DNA from: Bacteroidales bacterium | GTDB lineage: Bacteria; Bacteroidota; Bacteroidia; Bacteroidales; CAIWKO01 | Direction of reading: 5' to 3' | Length of the DNA: 64,000 bases | Assembly (NCBI GenBank): GCA_035389045.1 | Contig: DAOORA010000018.1 | Location: forward strand, 1 to 64,000 | Shown: one piece after another, positions 1 through 10,066 of the stretch | Numbering within the stretch: the first letter of the stretch is position 1 | Layout of the letters: every line of letters starts with the position of its first letter | Program-made: the position numbers and the translations under genes | Notes under the pieces: model-generated | Database searches by the model: none | The model's input: only the letters and a program-made list of their open reading frames with translations | Told to the model about the DNA's origin: nothing

Positions 1-44
1 GCATGACACTTTTCAACTGTCGCTATTCCCTGACTAAATTTTGA

Positions 45-284
45 GGAAACTCCAGGGGTGATAGGAAACGGTATTTCAGAATCCGGAAATCGGACAAGTT
101 TGCCATTATTGATGAACATCAGGTCAAACTGAAAATGTCCCGGGATTTGTTTCAATCGATCTTAGAACTGAAAACGGATAAGGAAACTGCCAATTCGGTA
201 TTCATAAAAGATGTGATTGACCTTTTAACCGTTTTTCTTGACAAATTCGAGGAAATAAAATCAGAATATCTGAATAAAAAGTAG
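45..284 (+). pseudogene. 3' remnant of a GbsR/MarR-family transcriptional regulator; 5' part missing
   Basis: Frame 3 reads ...GDRKRYFRI...SEYLNKK* (stop 282-284). GDRKRYF is the wing motif of GbsR-type regulators. There is an in-frame TGA at 42-44 and no HTH upstream. Confidence 0.6.
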
Positions 285-341
285 TTTCTTAAAGCATATA
301 AATAAAATAACCATAAACAACATAATACGAATAAGCATACT

Positions 342-1721
342 ATGAAAGTCTTGAAAATCTTATTGATGTGTACTGTTTTATTATCCTATTCAACGGCATA
401 TGGTCAGGAAAAATCATATACACTCACCTTACAGCAGGCGCGCGAATATGCCTTAAAAAATAATAAAATGTTAATAAATGCGCGGGCAGGTGTGGCATCG
501 TCGCAGCAAAAAGTAAAAGAAACTATCGCACAGGGACTGCCCCAGGTGGAGGGAAGCCTGAGTTATCTGACCTATTTTAATTATGAAATGGATCTTGGTT
601 TTGGCAGTTCAAATGAGACACCCGATATTAATTATGCTTTATTGGATCTGGGAGATCTTGAGGTGTTGAACGCGCTGGGCCAGATGTTTGGCTCCTCTGA
701 ACCGATCGTTATGAAAGATCAGGTTTCAGGGAAATTACAGCTGTCCCAGTTGATTTTCAGCGGTCAGTACCTTGCCGGGATCAAAACGGCAAAAATTGCA
801 CGCAAACTGGCCGATCAGAGTGTGGCAGCCAGCGAACAGGATATTAAAGAAAATGTTACCAATACCTATTGCCAGATACTGATCAGTGAGCGAACCTTAA
901 AGGTTATTGATGAAAACATTAAAAATCTGAACGAGATACTTCAGCATACGACCAATATGTACCATGCCGGGTTGGCGGAGGAAACAGATGTGGATCAGCT
1001 GAAGATCACCGTTAATCAGATCAAAAACTCACAAAAAGCGCTGGAACGGATGAATCAGCTCAACCGGAACATGTTGAAATTTCAACTGGGCGTGCCACCT
1101 GAAACGACGATCACACTCGCCGACAGCCTGCCTCAGATTCTGAATGCGGTAAGCCCGCAGTCTGCATTGGCAAACGAATTCAATATCAACGATAATATTA
1201 ACTATCAGATGATGGAGTCGCAGGTACAGCTCAGCAAAAAGCAGGTGGATCTGCGAAAATGGGCGTATGCACCTACCATTGCCGGGTACTATAATTACAC
1301 CGGCAAGATACTGAAAACGGATTTCGACCTGAACCCTTCTCACCTGGCAGGCGTGACCATGAATGTGCCCATATGGTCGAGTGGTGTGCGTAAAGCCCAG
1401 CTTGCGCAGTCAAAGATCAGCTGCGACATGGCACAGCGCAATCTTGAGATTGTCAGGGATCAGCTTGAACTGCAAAAGACACAGCTGGTGTTTGTGTATC
1501 AGAACGCCCTTGAAAACTACGAAACACAAAAAGAAAATGTATCCGTAGCCGGCAGGGTATACAAAAGTATTCAGAATAAGTATGAACATGGCGCTGCTTC
1601 CAGCCTTGACCTTACCCAGGCCAACAGCAACTATCTTACGGCCGAGAGCAATTATTATTCGGCGGTTATGACACTTATTCAGGCACAAACTTCACTCGAC
1701 AAATTATTCAATAAATTATAA
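342..1721 (+). CDS. TolC-family outer membrane efflux protein
   Basis: Signal peptide, LTLQQAREYALKNN start, two OEP halves; first gene of a TolC-MFP-RND operon. Confidence 0.92.
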   Translation: MKVLKILLMCTVLLSYSTAYGQEKSYTLTLQQAREYALKNNKMLINARAGVASSQQKVKETIAQGLPQVEGSLSYLTYFNYEMDLGFGSSNETPDINYALLDLGDLEVLNALGQMFGSSEPIVMKDQVSGKLQLSQLIFSGQYLAGIKTAKIARKLADQSVAASEQDIKENVTNTYCQILISERTLKVIDENIKNLNEILQHTTNMYHAGLAEETDVDQLKITVNQIKNSQKALERMNQLNRNMLKFQLGVPPETTITLADSLPQILNAVSPQSALANEFNINDNINYQMMESQVQLSKKQVDLRKWAYAPTIAGYYNYTGKILKTDFDLNPSHLAGVTMNVPIWSSGVRKAQLAQSKISCDMAQRNLEIVRDQLELQKTQLVFVYQNALENYETQKENVSVAGRVYKSIQNKYEHGAASSLDLTQANSNYLTAESNYYSAVMTLIQAQTSLDKLFNKL

Positions 1722-1746
1722 ACAGAAAAATCAAATAATTACTACT

Positions 1747-2796
1747 ATGAAACGCTATTTCCTTCTTTTGACCTTGTTATCAGTCATTTTAGTTTCCTGC
1801 AAAAACAATGGGAACAAAACCGATTCCGAAACGCTTGCCGACGATACAACGATATATCGTGTGAAAACACTTTTACTTGAAAAACAGAACATTGCTCAAA
1901 AAATTGAATACACAGCAAGTCTTTTACCCTATGAGGAAATTCATTATGCACCTGCTTCACCAGGAAGGATAGAAGAAATAAACGTGGAAGTAGGCAGCAG
2001 GGTGGCAAAGGGTTCCGTGATAGCCCGCATGGACAGAACAAACTACAATAATGCCAATGAACAGTTGCAAAGCGCCCGGTCGAATTACCTACGTATGGAC
2101 ACGCTGCACAAACTGAACAGTATCTCTGAAGCACAATGGGAAGCTGCAAAAACACAATATGAGGTGGCAAAGACCAATGTTGATTTTCTTGCCAAAAACA
2201 CCATGCTTGTATCTCCGATAAATGGGATAGTCACCGGAAAGTACTTTGAGAGTGGTGAACTTTATTCCGGAGTGCCTAACACGGCTGCGGGAAAAGCAGC
2301 TATTGTCACGCTCATGCAGATCAATCCGCTTAAAGCAAAGATCAATATCTCTGAACGCTATTATCCCTTGTTGAAGCAGGGAATGAAGGCCAGCGTGGCT
2401 GTTGATATATTTCCTGATAAAAGTGTTGAGGGGCAGATCTTCAGGATTTATCCGACGGTAAGTTCCGATACCAGGACATTTCCGGTGGAACTGACCATTC
2501 CCAACGGTGATGAAAAGTTGCGTCCCGGAATGTTTGCCAGAGTGTCGCTCGACCTGGGTGAAACCTCCGCGATGGTTGTCCCTTCAACGGCGGTGATAAA
2601 ACAGCAGGGCACCAATAATCATTTTGTGTTTATCGCAGGCGCCGGAACTATTGCACATAAAAAGGAAGTGGAAATAGGAGCGCGTTTCGACGACAAACTG
2701 GAGATTATTTCAACTTCCCTTAAAGAAGGAGACCAGATCATCATAGCCGGGCAGAATAAACTTTTAGACGGTTCCAAAATAACGATCATTAAATAA
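1747..2796 (+). CDS. RND efflux periplasmic adaptor (MFP), lipoprotein
   Basis: Lipobox ILVSC; lipoyl half motifs GRIEEINVEVGSRVAKG and SPINGIV; LRPGMFARV. Confidence 0.93.
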   Translation: MKRYFLLLTLLSVILVSCKNNGNKTDSETLADDTTIYRVKTLLLEKQNIAQKIEYTASLLPYEEIHYAPASPGRIEEINVEVGSRVAKGSVIARMDRTNYNNANEQLQSARSNYLRMDTLHKLNSISEAQWEAAKTQYEVAKTNVDFLAKNTMLVSPINGIVTGKYFESGELYSGVPNTAAGKAAIVTLMQINPLKAKINISERYYPLLKQGMKASVAVDIFPDKSVEGQIFRIYPTVSSDTRTFPVELTIPNGDEKLRPGMFARVSLDLGETSAMVVPSTAVIKQQGTNNHFVFIAGAGTIAHKKEVEIGARFDDKLEIISTSLKEGDQIIIAGQNKLLDGSKITIIK

Positions 2797-2848
2797 TGGG
2801 GTGATCATCAAGCATTTTACCAACTGTTAAAACTAAAGATTTAAAACT

Positions 2849-5800
2849 ATGAGCATATATGCGAGTGCAGTCAAAAAGCCGGTGACAACCCTGATGATCT
2901 TTATTGCTGTTATTGTTATCGGAATCTACTCTTTTTCCAGGCTACCCATCGATCTGTATCCCGAAATTGAAATTCCTGCCATCATGGTGTACACCGGGTA
3001 TTCAGGCGCCAATGCCCCTGACATTGAGACCAATATTTCCAAACCGGTTGAAAACACACTTAACACCGTCAGCAACCTGAAAGAGATCTATTCCACCTCC
3101 AGAGATAATGCATCTATTGTAACCCTTGAATTTGAATATGGTACCGATCTTGACGGAGCGGCCAACGATGTCAGAGATGCATTAGGGATGGTAACCCAGT
3201 ACCTGCCCGAAGGAGCAGATAATCCGATTATTTTTAAATTCACTACCAATATGATGCCCATCATGTTCTTTGCAGTTACCGCGGATGAAAGTTATGAAGG
3301 CATTGAAGAGGAACTGAACGAAAAACTGGTTAACCCGCTTAACCGCATCGATGGTATTGGCTCAATAAGCCTGTATGGCACGCCAATACGTGAAGTGAGC
3401 GTTAATATTGACCCGAGAAGGATGGAAGCCTATAACCTCACCATAGAACAGATCGGGAATATCCTCAGGGCCGAAAACCTGAACATGCCTGCCGGAACGG
3501 TGGATATGGGGCAGATGACTTACCCCCTGCGTGTTCAGGGCGAATTTGAACAGAGTGACCAGATAAAGAATATTGTCCTTACCAATTTCCAGGGGAAAAC
3601 CATCTATCTGAAGGATGTGGCCGACGTGAACGATTCCATCCGGAAAATGAGCCGTGTGGAAACGATCGATGGAAGAAAAGGCATCCGTATGCTCATCATG
3701 AAACAGTCGGGCGCCAATACCGTGCGTATTGCCAAAGAAGTGAACAAGCAAATGGCGGAACTGAAGAAAAATCTTCCTGCCGACGTAAAAATTGAAACGA
3801 TAATGGATACCAGTGAGTTTATTACAAACTCCATCAACAACCTCACCGAAACCCTGCTTTTTGCCTTTCTGTTTGTCATGATTGTCGTGCTGTTTTTCCT
3901 GGGAAGGTGGAGAGCCACTTTTATTATTATCCTCACCATCCCGCTTTCGCTCATCGTTGCCTTTATATACCTTTTTATTTCAGGCAGCACCATAAATATT
4001 ATCTCGCTTTCGGCCTTGTCCATTGGTATCGGGATGGTTGTGGATGACGCTATCGTTGTCCTGGAGAATATCACCCGGCACATCGAAAGAGGGAGTTCGC
4101 CCCGTGAAGCTGCTATATATGCCACTAACGAAGTATGGCTGGCCGTCATTGCTTCTACACTGACCATTGTGGCTGTGTTTTTCCCGCTCACATTGGTATC
4201 GGGAATGACCGGCATCATGTTCAAGCAACTCGGATGGATTGTTACCATTACTATTATGACCTCTGTTGTTGCGGCCATAACCATAACACCCATGCTGAGT
4301 TCAAAGTTCCTGGGACTGAAACCCATCAGAAAGAACCCGGGATGGTTTAGCCATGAACGGCTGGTGGTGCCGGTACTCGACAGTTTGGATAATTTTTATG
4401 TCAGATTGTTGAAATGGAGTTTACACCATAAAAAGGCTATTGTACTAGGGGCGGTTGTGATTTTGTGTATCGCCGGAATATTTGCTACACAATTAAAAAC
4501 AGAATTCATTCCGGAAACGGACGAGGGACATTTATCTGCAGAAATTGAACTTCAGGCGGGTGTGAGGGTGGAAGAAACCGTGAAAATCACAAACAAGATT
4601 GAGGATTTTATAAATAAGAATATACCTGAGAAAAAGCTTTTGTCCACCTCTTCAGGGGCAAACGATCAGGCAGGATTTGCAGCTTTGTTTATGAATTCGG
4701 GTTCAAATATTATAAATGTCAACATGCGGCTGGTCACTTCTTCTGAAAGAGAACGCAGTACGGCTGATGTTGCCGATCAGTTGAGGAAGTATATTGAGAC
4801 CATCCCGGAGATTGTAAAATACAACGTTACGGCTGGTGGCGGATTTATGATGGGCGGAGGCAATACGGTAAATCTTGAGATTTTTGGTTACGACATAGAG
4901 CAGACCAATGCATTAGCTGCCGATCTTGCGGAGAAAATCAAAAAAATTGACGGCGCCCGGGATGTGATCATAAGCAGGGAGAAGTCTAAACCGGAATTAC
5001 GTGTCACGCTGGATAAGGAAAAAATGATGCAGCACGGGCTCAACACGGCTACGGTGTCGACCATTTTACGCAACCGCATACTTGGACTTACCGCTACGCA
5101 GTTCCGCGAGTCAGGCAATGAATACGATGTGCTTGTGAGGTTTAAAGAGGAATACAGAAATTCTGTCGTAGATATTGAAAGCATCAGTATTCCCACGGCA
5201 ACAGGATTAATTCGCCTCGTCGATATTGCCAAAGTCGAGGAATTCTGGTCGCCTCCGAGTATTGAACGAAAACGCCGGGAAAGAATAGTAACGATTTCGG
5301 TGACACCCTACAAGGTGTCATTGGGCGAAATGGCAAATAAAATCAAGGCGGAAATCAAAAAAGCAGATGTTCCTGCAGGCATCATGCTTAATGTTGGTGG
5401 GGCTTACGAAGATCTTGAAGATTCGTTTAAAGACCTTGCATTATTGTTGCTGCTGAGTCTTTTGCTTGTATATATTGTAATGGCTTCCCAGTTTGAATCG
5501 TTAAAAATGCCGCTGATTATTATGGTTTCCGTGCCATTTTCATTCACGGGAGTTGTTTTTGTACTGCTGTTAACCAAAACCACACTGAGCATTATTGCTG
5601 CACTGGGCGCTATATTGCTGGTCGGAATTGTGGTTAAAAATGCCATCGTACTCATCGATTTCACCAACCTGATGCGCGACAGGGGAAACAGTCTCGATGA
5701 TGCCCTTATAAAAGCCGGACGGTCACGTTTGCGCCCGGTGCTAATGACCACACTGACCACCATTCTCGGTATGCTTCCGCTGGCCCTCAGCACCGGCGAA

Positions 5801-5968
5801 GGTTCGGAAATCTGGAAACCTATGGGCATCACTGTAATTGGCGGGTTGGTCTTTTCAACGATCATCACCATGATCATTGTACCTGTTGTTTACCGCATTG
5901 TGGTGAGGCGAACCGAACGAAAAGCCAAAAAGGATGCTATAGCTATTATGAAATCCATTGACATATAA
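2849..5968 (+). CDS. RND efflux permease (AcrB/AcrD/AcrF family)
   Basis: 1039 aa; LPIDLYPEI, GMVVDDAIVVLENI, RLRPVLMTT. Confidence 0.95.
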   Translation: MSIYASAVKKPVTTLMIFIAVIVIGIYSFSRLPIDLYPEIEIPAIMVYTGYSGANAPDIETNISKPVENTLNTVSNLKEIYSTSRDNASIVTLEFEYGTDLDGAANDVRDALGMVTQYLPEGADNPIIFKFTTNMMPIMFFAVTADESYEGIEEELNEKLVNPLNRIDGIGSISLYGTPIREVSVNIDPRRMEAYNLTIEQIGNILRAENLNMPAGTVDMGQMTYPLRVQGEFEQSDQIKNIVLTNFQGKTIYLKDVADVNDSIRKMSRVETIDGRKGIRMLIMKQSGANTVRIAKEVNKQMAELKKNLPADVKIETIMDTSEFITNSINNLTETLLFAFLFVMIVVLFFLGRWRATFIIILTIPLSLIVAFIYLFISGSTINIISLSALSIGIGMVVDDAIVVLENITRHIERGSSPREAAIYATNEVWLAVIASTLTIVAVFFPLTLVSGMTGIMFKQLGWIVTITIMTSVVAAITITPMLSSKFLGLKPIRKNPGWFSHERLVVPVLDSLDNFYVRLLKWSLHHKKAIVLGAVVILCIAGIFATQLKTEFIPETDEGHLSAEIELQAGVRVEETVKITNKIEDFINKNIPEKKLLSTSSGANDQAGFAALFMNSGSNIINVNMRLVTSSERERSTADVADQLRKYIETIPEIVKYNVTAGGGFMMGGGNTVNLEIFGYDIEQTNALAADLAEKIKKIDGARDVIISREKSKPELRVTLDKEKMMQHGLNTATVSTILRNRILGLTATQFRESGNEYDVLVRFKEEYRNSVVDIESISIPTATGLIRLVDIAKVEEFWSPPSIERKRRERIVTISVTPYKVSLGEMANKIKAEIKKADVPAGIMLNVGGAYEDLEDSFKDLALLLLLSLLLVYIVMASQFESLKMPLIIMVSVPFSFTGVVFVLLLTKTTLSIIAALGAILLVGIVVKNAIVLIDFTNLMRDRGNSLDDALIKAGRSRLRPVLMTTLTTILGMLPLALSTGEGSEIWKPMGITVIGGLVFSTIITMIIVPVVYRIVVRRTERKAKKDAIAIMKSIDI

Positions 5969-5980
5969 AACAGCTAAGAT

Positions 5981-6274
5981 ATGAAAGCAATTATGATAAT
6001 ATATAATCAGGCGATGACAGAGAAAATAGAGTGTCTCCTTGAAAAGCTTAACATCCGTGGCTTTACACAATGGCCTTCCGTATTTGGTACAGGCACCAAC
6101 GATGGTGAGCCACGGATGGGGACACATACCTGGCCAGAAATTAATTCAGCCATGCTCACCATCGTAAATGATGATTTGGTGGATACGGTTCTCGACAAAA
6201 TAAAAAAACTGGATTCCATTAACAAAGAAATTGGTGTACGGGCATTTGTTTGGAATGTGGAAAAAATAGTATAG
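5981..6274 (+). CDS. PG0541-family PII-like transporter-associated protein
   Basis: 97 aa; RGFTQW...GTG...GEPRMGTHTWP; directly follows the RND permease. Confidence 0.8.
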   Translation: MKAIMIIYNQAMTEKIECLLEKLNIRGFTQWPSVFGTGTNDGEPRMGTHTWPEINSAMLTIVNDDLVDTVLDKIKKLDSINKEIGVRAFVWNVEKIV

Positions 6275-6337
6275 TTGCGTGTTTCCTAAACTTCTGCCGG
6301 CGGCTGATTTATCCTGAGCCGGTATGTTTTTTATTGA

Positions 6338-6345
6338 TAATTTTG
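6338..6345 (+). promoter_or_regulatory. Bacteroidota primary-sigma -7 box (TAATTTTG) upstream of the MFS gene
   Basis: Matches TAnnTTTG, 24 nt before the ATG at 6370. Confidence 0.5.
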
Positions 6346-6369
6346 CCGCATATTAAATTATTAGGTGCC

Positions 6370-7551
6370 ATGCATGAGAGGATATGGAACAGGAATTTTA
6401 TTTTCCTTATTTCATCCAACTTTTTGATGTATATCACATATTATGCAATACTTTCAGCCCTTCCTCTTTACCTGGTCAATGATCTTCATGCCTCGGAGGT
6501 GCAGGTAGGATTTGTGGTAGGCGCATATACCATTGCTTCGGTCATGGCACGGCCTTTCTCCGGATTTATGCTCGACAGGTTTGGCCGCCGGACGATCTTT
6601 TTATTGGCACTGATAATCTATTCGCTTTTGTTTGCAGGATATTTCGTTGCCTTAACCATCACAGGAATTCTTTTGCTCAGGTTTGCCCAGGGACTGACAT
6701 GGGGATTTACCACGGTTTCCGGATCAACCATCGCGGTGGATATAATCCCGGTATCGAAAAGGGGAGAAGGTATCGGTTATTTTGCCTTGTCAACAACGCT
6801 GGGGATGTCTGCAGGCCCTGTTATCGGACTATATGTGGGCCATCAGTGGGGATATCCTGCTATGTTTGTTTCCGGATGTGTCATCAGCGTTGCAAGCCTG
6901 GCATGTGCCCGGGCAATTCGTATGCGCAAAAGGTTTTTAGTAGGTAAACGTATCAGACTGGAACGGAACAATTTATTCGATAAAAACTCTATCCGGCCTT
7001 CGGTGAACGTTTTTATAACCATGATCGCTTATGGCAGCCTGCTTGCGTTTATTGCCCTTTACGGTCAGGAAATAGGTATCCGTAATTCCTCCCTGTATTT
7101 TCTTATTTTTTCTGTGGGGATTGCAGTTGCCAGACTTACTTCAGGAAAAGAGTTTGATAAACATGGTCCCCGAAGGATCATTACGATCTGTATTATTTTG
7201 CTCATCACAGGATTTCCTTTGCTTGCCCTGGCGAAAAATGCAATACTGTTTTATCTGTCAGCCATAATAATAGGATTTGGCAATGGCGTGATATTTCCGA
7301 CCTTTCAGTCAATGGTAAATAATGTAGCCGATCCGGCGCATCGCGGAGCCGCTAATTCAACGCTTTACACCGCCGTAGATCTCGGAATGGGCATGGGGAT
7401 GATCATGGCCGGACTGATAGCACAGCAGATATCCTTGTCTGCTATCTTCTGGACCTGTGCGATGGTTTGTGCAGCAGGATTGTTGTTTTTCAGGCTTTTT
7501 GTGCTCGGTTTATATGAAACAAGGAACAGAAATGTAATCAATTCACAATAA
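6370..7551 (+). CDS. MFS transporter
   Basis: About 12 hydrophobic segments; motif A GFMLDRFGRR. Start moved to ATG 6370 (MHERIWNRNF). Confidence 0.9.
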   Translation: MHERIWNRNFIFLISSNFLMYITYYAILSALPLYLVNDLHASEVQVGFVVGAYTIASVMARPFSGFMLDRFGRRTIFLLALIIYSLLFAGYFVALTITGILLLRFAQGLTWGFTTVSGSTIAVDIIPVSKRGEGIGYFALSTTLGMSAGPVIGLYVGHQWGYPAMFVSGCVISVASLACARAIRMRKRFLVGKRIRLERNNLFDKNSIRPSVNVFITMIAYGSLLAFIALYGQEIGIRNSSLYFLIFSVGIAVARLTSGKEFDKHGPRRIITICIILLITGFPLLALAKNAILFYLSAIIIGFGNGVIFPTFQSMVNNVADPAHRGAANSTLYTAVDLGMGMGMIMAGLIAQQISLSAIFWTCAMVCAAGLLFFRLFVLGLYETRNRNVINSQ

Positions 7552-7722
7552 ACAGCTGGTGGATTAGCCTGATTTTTATCCGTGAGACTCCTTTTTTAAA
7601 ACCATCACCGGCTGTAGCGTACAGCTACAACAAGGCCTGTGATCGTTTAATACCACCATGAACCATAATGCCAAATGAATTTACCTGAAATCGGGCGTAT
7701 TACTAATTTCTGCTTTTCTTTC

Positions 7723-8724
7723 TTAATGCAGAATTTTATAGATCATTTCTTTCATCAGCTCGCCGCTGTTGGTGGAAACATTGCCAACGCCTTTGGAACG
7801 GAGGTCGTAATCACGGAATAATGAAAAAATTTCTTTGAGCTTTTGTTTGTTATAATTCCGGGCGGCAGTGGCGTAATCGTCGATGAACATGCGATTGACC
7901 GAAAGCACCGAAGCCACATTGTTGGGCGTTTTATCCTTCAGATGATGGAAAAGAAAAACCTTTGAAAAGTACAGGAATAATATGGGGATCACTTTAATAA
8001 TAGGATTTTCTTTTTCGTTTTCTGCAAAATAGTTGATGATCTGGTTCGCTTTATACATGTTTTTTGTCCCCAGCGCCTTTTGCAGTTCAAAAACATTAAA
8101 ATCCTTGCTGATGCCGATGTTCAGCTCAACCTGCTCAGGAGTGATTTCGGAACCTATCGGATAACTGATAATGATTTTACTCACTTCGTTAACGATCTTG
8201 CTCAGGTCGGCGCCCAGATATTCAGCCATCATCATGGCTGCTTTCTGCTGTATGGAGTATCCCAGACTTTTCACATAAGTCATTATCCAGGCAGGGACCT
8301 GATTGTCGTAAACCTTTGCCGACTCGAATAAGACAGATTTTTTCTCGATCAGTTTTGCAAAAGCTTTGCGTTTATCCAGTTTATGATATTTGTAACAAAC
8401 CACCAGAATTGTCGAAGACAAAGGATTTTCGATGTATTTTTCAAGTGTTTCAATATCCTTTACATCCTGTGCCTCTTTTACAATAACAAGCTGGTAGTTC
8501 GACATCATGGGAAACCGCTTGCAGGCGTCTATGATATACTGCCCATCAACGTCCCTTCCGTACAATATGCTGAGGTTGAATTCTTTTTCTTCAGGCTGCA
8601 AGAGGTTTTCTTCGATAAAATCACTGATCATATCGATATAATAAGGCTCTTCACCCGAAAGGAAATATACCGGATAATAAATCTTACGCTGAAGGTCTTT
8701 TATAATTTCCTCGTAACTTTTCAT
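7723..8724 (-). CDS. holA: DNA polymerase III delta subunit
   Basis: PVYFLSGEEPYYID, FPMMSNYQLVIVKEAQ, GISKDFNVFELQKA. Confidence 0.93.
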   Translation of the reverse strand: MKSYEEIIKDLQRKIYYPVYFLSGEEPYYIDMISDFIEENLLQPEEKEFNLSILYGRDVDGQYIIDACKRFPMMSNYQLVIVKEAQDVKDIETLEKYIENPLSSTILVVCYKYHKLDKRKAFAKLIEKKSVLFESAKVYDNQVPAWIMTYVKSLGYSIQQKAAMMMAEYLGADLSKIVNEVSKIIISYPIGSEITPEQVELNIGISKDFNVFELQKALGTKNMYKANQIINYFAENEKENPIIKVIPILFLYFSKVFLFHHLKDKTPNNVASVLSVNRMFIDDYATAARNYNKQKLKEIFSLFRDYDLRSKGVGNVSTNSGELMKEMIYKILH

Positions 8725-8730
8725 GGAGCA

Positions 8731-9510
8731 TTATTTATAGTCGAAATACAGATGTTTTACGGTAAGGCCGTTGTTGATAAGCTGATTCAGTGATTCGATA
8801 CCGATTTTCAGGTGTAAGGCAGAAAACTTTTCTGTGACTTTTCTGTCGCTTTTTTGTGTTTTCACCCCGCCGGAGATCATGGGCTGATCGGATACAAGCA
8901 ATAAAGCTCCCATGGAAATTTCATTGGCAAACCCCACCGAAAACAAGGTGGCTGTTTCCATATCTATTGCCATAGCGCGTATTTTACGGAGGTACTTTTT
9001 AAACTCCCCGTCATGTTCCCAAACACGGCGGTTTGTGGTATATACGGTACCTGTCCAGTAGTCCTGGCCTAAGTCGCGGATAGTGGTGGATACCGCTTTT
9101 TGCAGGTTAAACGCCGGCAATGCGGGTACTTCGGGTGGAAAATAATCATCCGATGTTCCTTCTCCGCGGATGGCCGCAATGGGTAATATCAAATCCCCCA
9201 GTTTGTTTTTGCGTTTAAGCCCGCCGCATTTCCCAAGAAATAAGGCTGCTTTAGGTTTGACGGCGCCAAGAAGATCCATAATTGTGGCGGCATTGGCGCT
9301 GCCCATGCCAAAATTTACTAAAGTTATATTTTTTGCAGTAGCGCTGGGCATGGCTTTATTTTCTCCTCGAATATCTACTCCATTCCAGCTTGAAAAAAGT
9401 TCAAGATAATGATTAAAATTGGTAAGTAAAATATATTCCCCGAATTCGGCAAGTTCTGTTCCGGTATACCTTGGAAGCCAGTCTTCGACTATTTCGCGCT
9501 TTGTTTTCAT
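8731..9510 (-). CDS. amn: AMP nucleosidase (PNP/UDP family)
   Basis: WLPRYTG, NFGMGSANAATIMDLL, TTNRRVWEHD, AIDMETAT. Confidence 0.9.
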   Translation of the reverse strand: MKTKREIVEDWLPRYTGTELAEFGEYILLTNFNHYLELFSSWNGVDIRGENKAMPSATAKNITLVNFGMGSANAATIMDLLGAVKPKAALFLGKCGGLKRKNKLGDLILPIAAIRGEGTSDDYFPPEVPALPAFNLQKAVSTTIRDLGQDYWTGTVYTTNRRVWEHDGEFKKYLRKIRAMAIDMETATLFSVGFANEISMGALLLVSDQPMISGGVKTQKSDRKVTEKFSALHLKIGIESLNQLINNGLTVKHLYFDYK

Positions 9511-9560
9511 CAGATTATGATTATATGAGTAACTTTAAGGCAAAAATACAAAAAAATTTT

Positions 9561-10007
9561 ATGCTTCCCCTTAATCTTCCGCCATACGAATTTTCTGTCA
9601 GGCAGGGCGCTCCGCCTAAGATATTTGATACTATCCGGAAAAAATATGTGGCGCTGACACCGGAGGAATGGGTAAGACAAAATTTCCTGCGATATCTTGT
9701 CGTGGAAAAAAAATACCCGGCTTCGCTTATCCGCATAGAACATCCCCTGAAGGTTTATAAGCTTCAGAAACGCTGTGATGCCGTGGTTTGCGATAATAAA
9801 GGACATCCTTTGGTGATTGTTGAGTTTAAGTCGCCGGATGTTGCATTAAACCAGGCTGTGTTTGACCAGATTTCCCGCTATAATATTGCGCTGAAGGTCA
9901 AATATCTCATCGTTTCGAATGGTATGGAACATTATTGCTGTATCGTTGATACAAAAAGCCGGTCCTGCCATTTTTTGGACAATATTCCAGAATATTCTGC
10001 ATTATAA
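9561..10007 (+). CDS. HsdR N-terminal domain-containing protein (stand-alone PD-(D/E)xK-like)
   Basis: IFDTIRKKYVALTPEEWVRQ, RCD...IVEFK, Q..RYN. Start placed at ATG 9561. Confidence 0.85.
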   Translation: MLPLNLPPYEFSVRQGAPPKIFDTIRKKYVALTPEEWVRQNFLRYLVVEKKYPASLIRIEHPLKVYKLQKRCDAVVCDNKGHPLVIVEFKSPDVALNQAVFDQISRYNIALKVKYLIVSNGMEHYCCIVDTKSRSCHFLDNIPEYSAL

Positions 10008-10066
10008 ATTTGCCTGCATTAAAATATTACCGTAATTTTATACAGCCAATTCATTAACATAAACTT

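Noticed and set aside
9561..10007. HsdR_N protein as part of a restriction-modification system
   Set aside because: No hsdM, hsdS or helicase nearby; it sits in a housekeeping context next to amn and holA.
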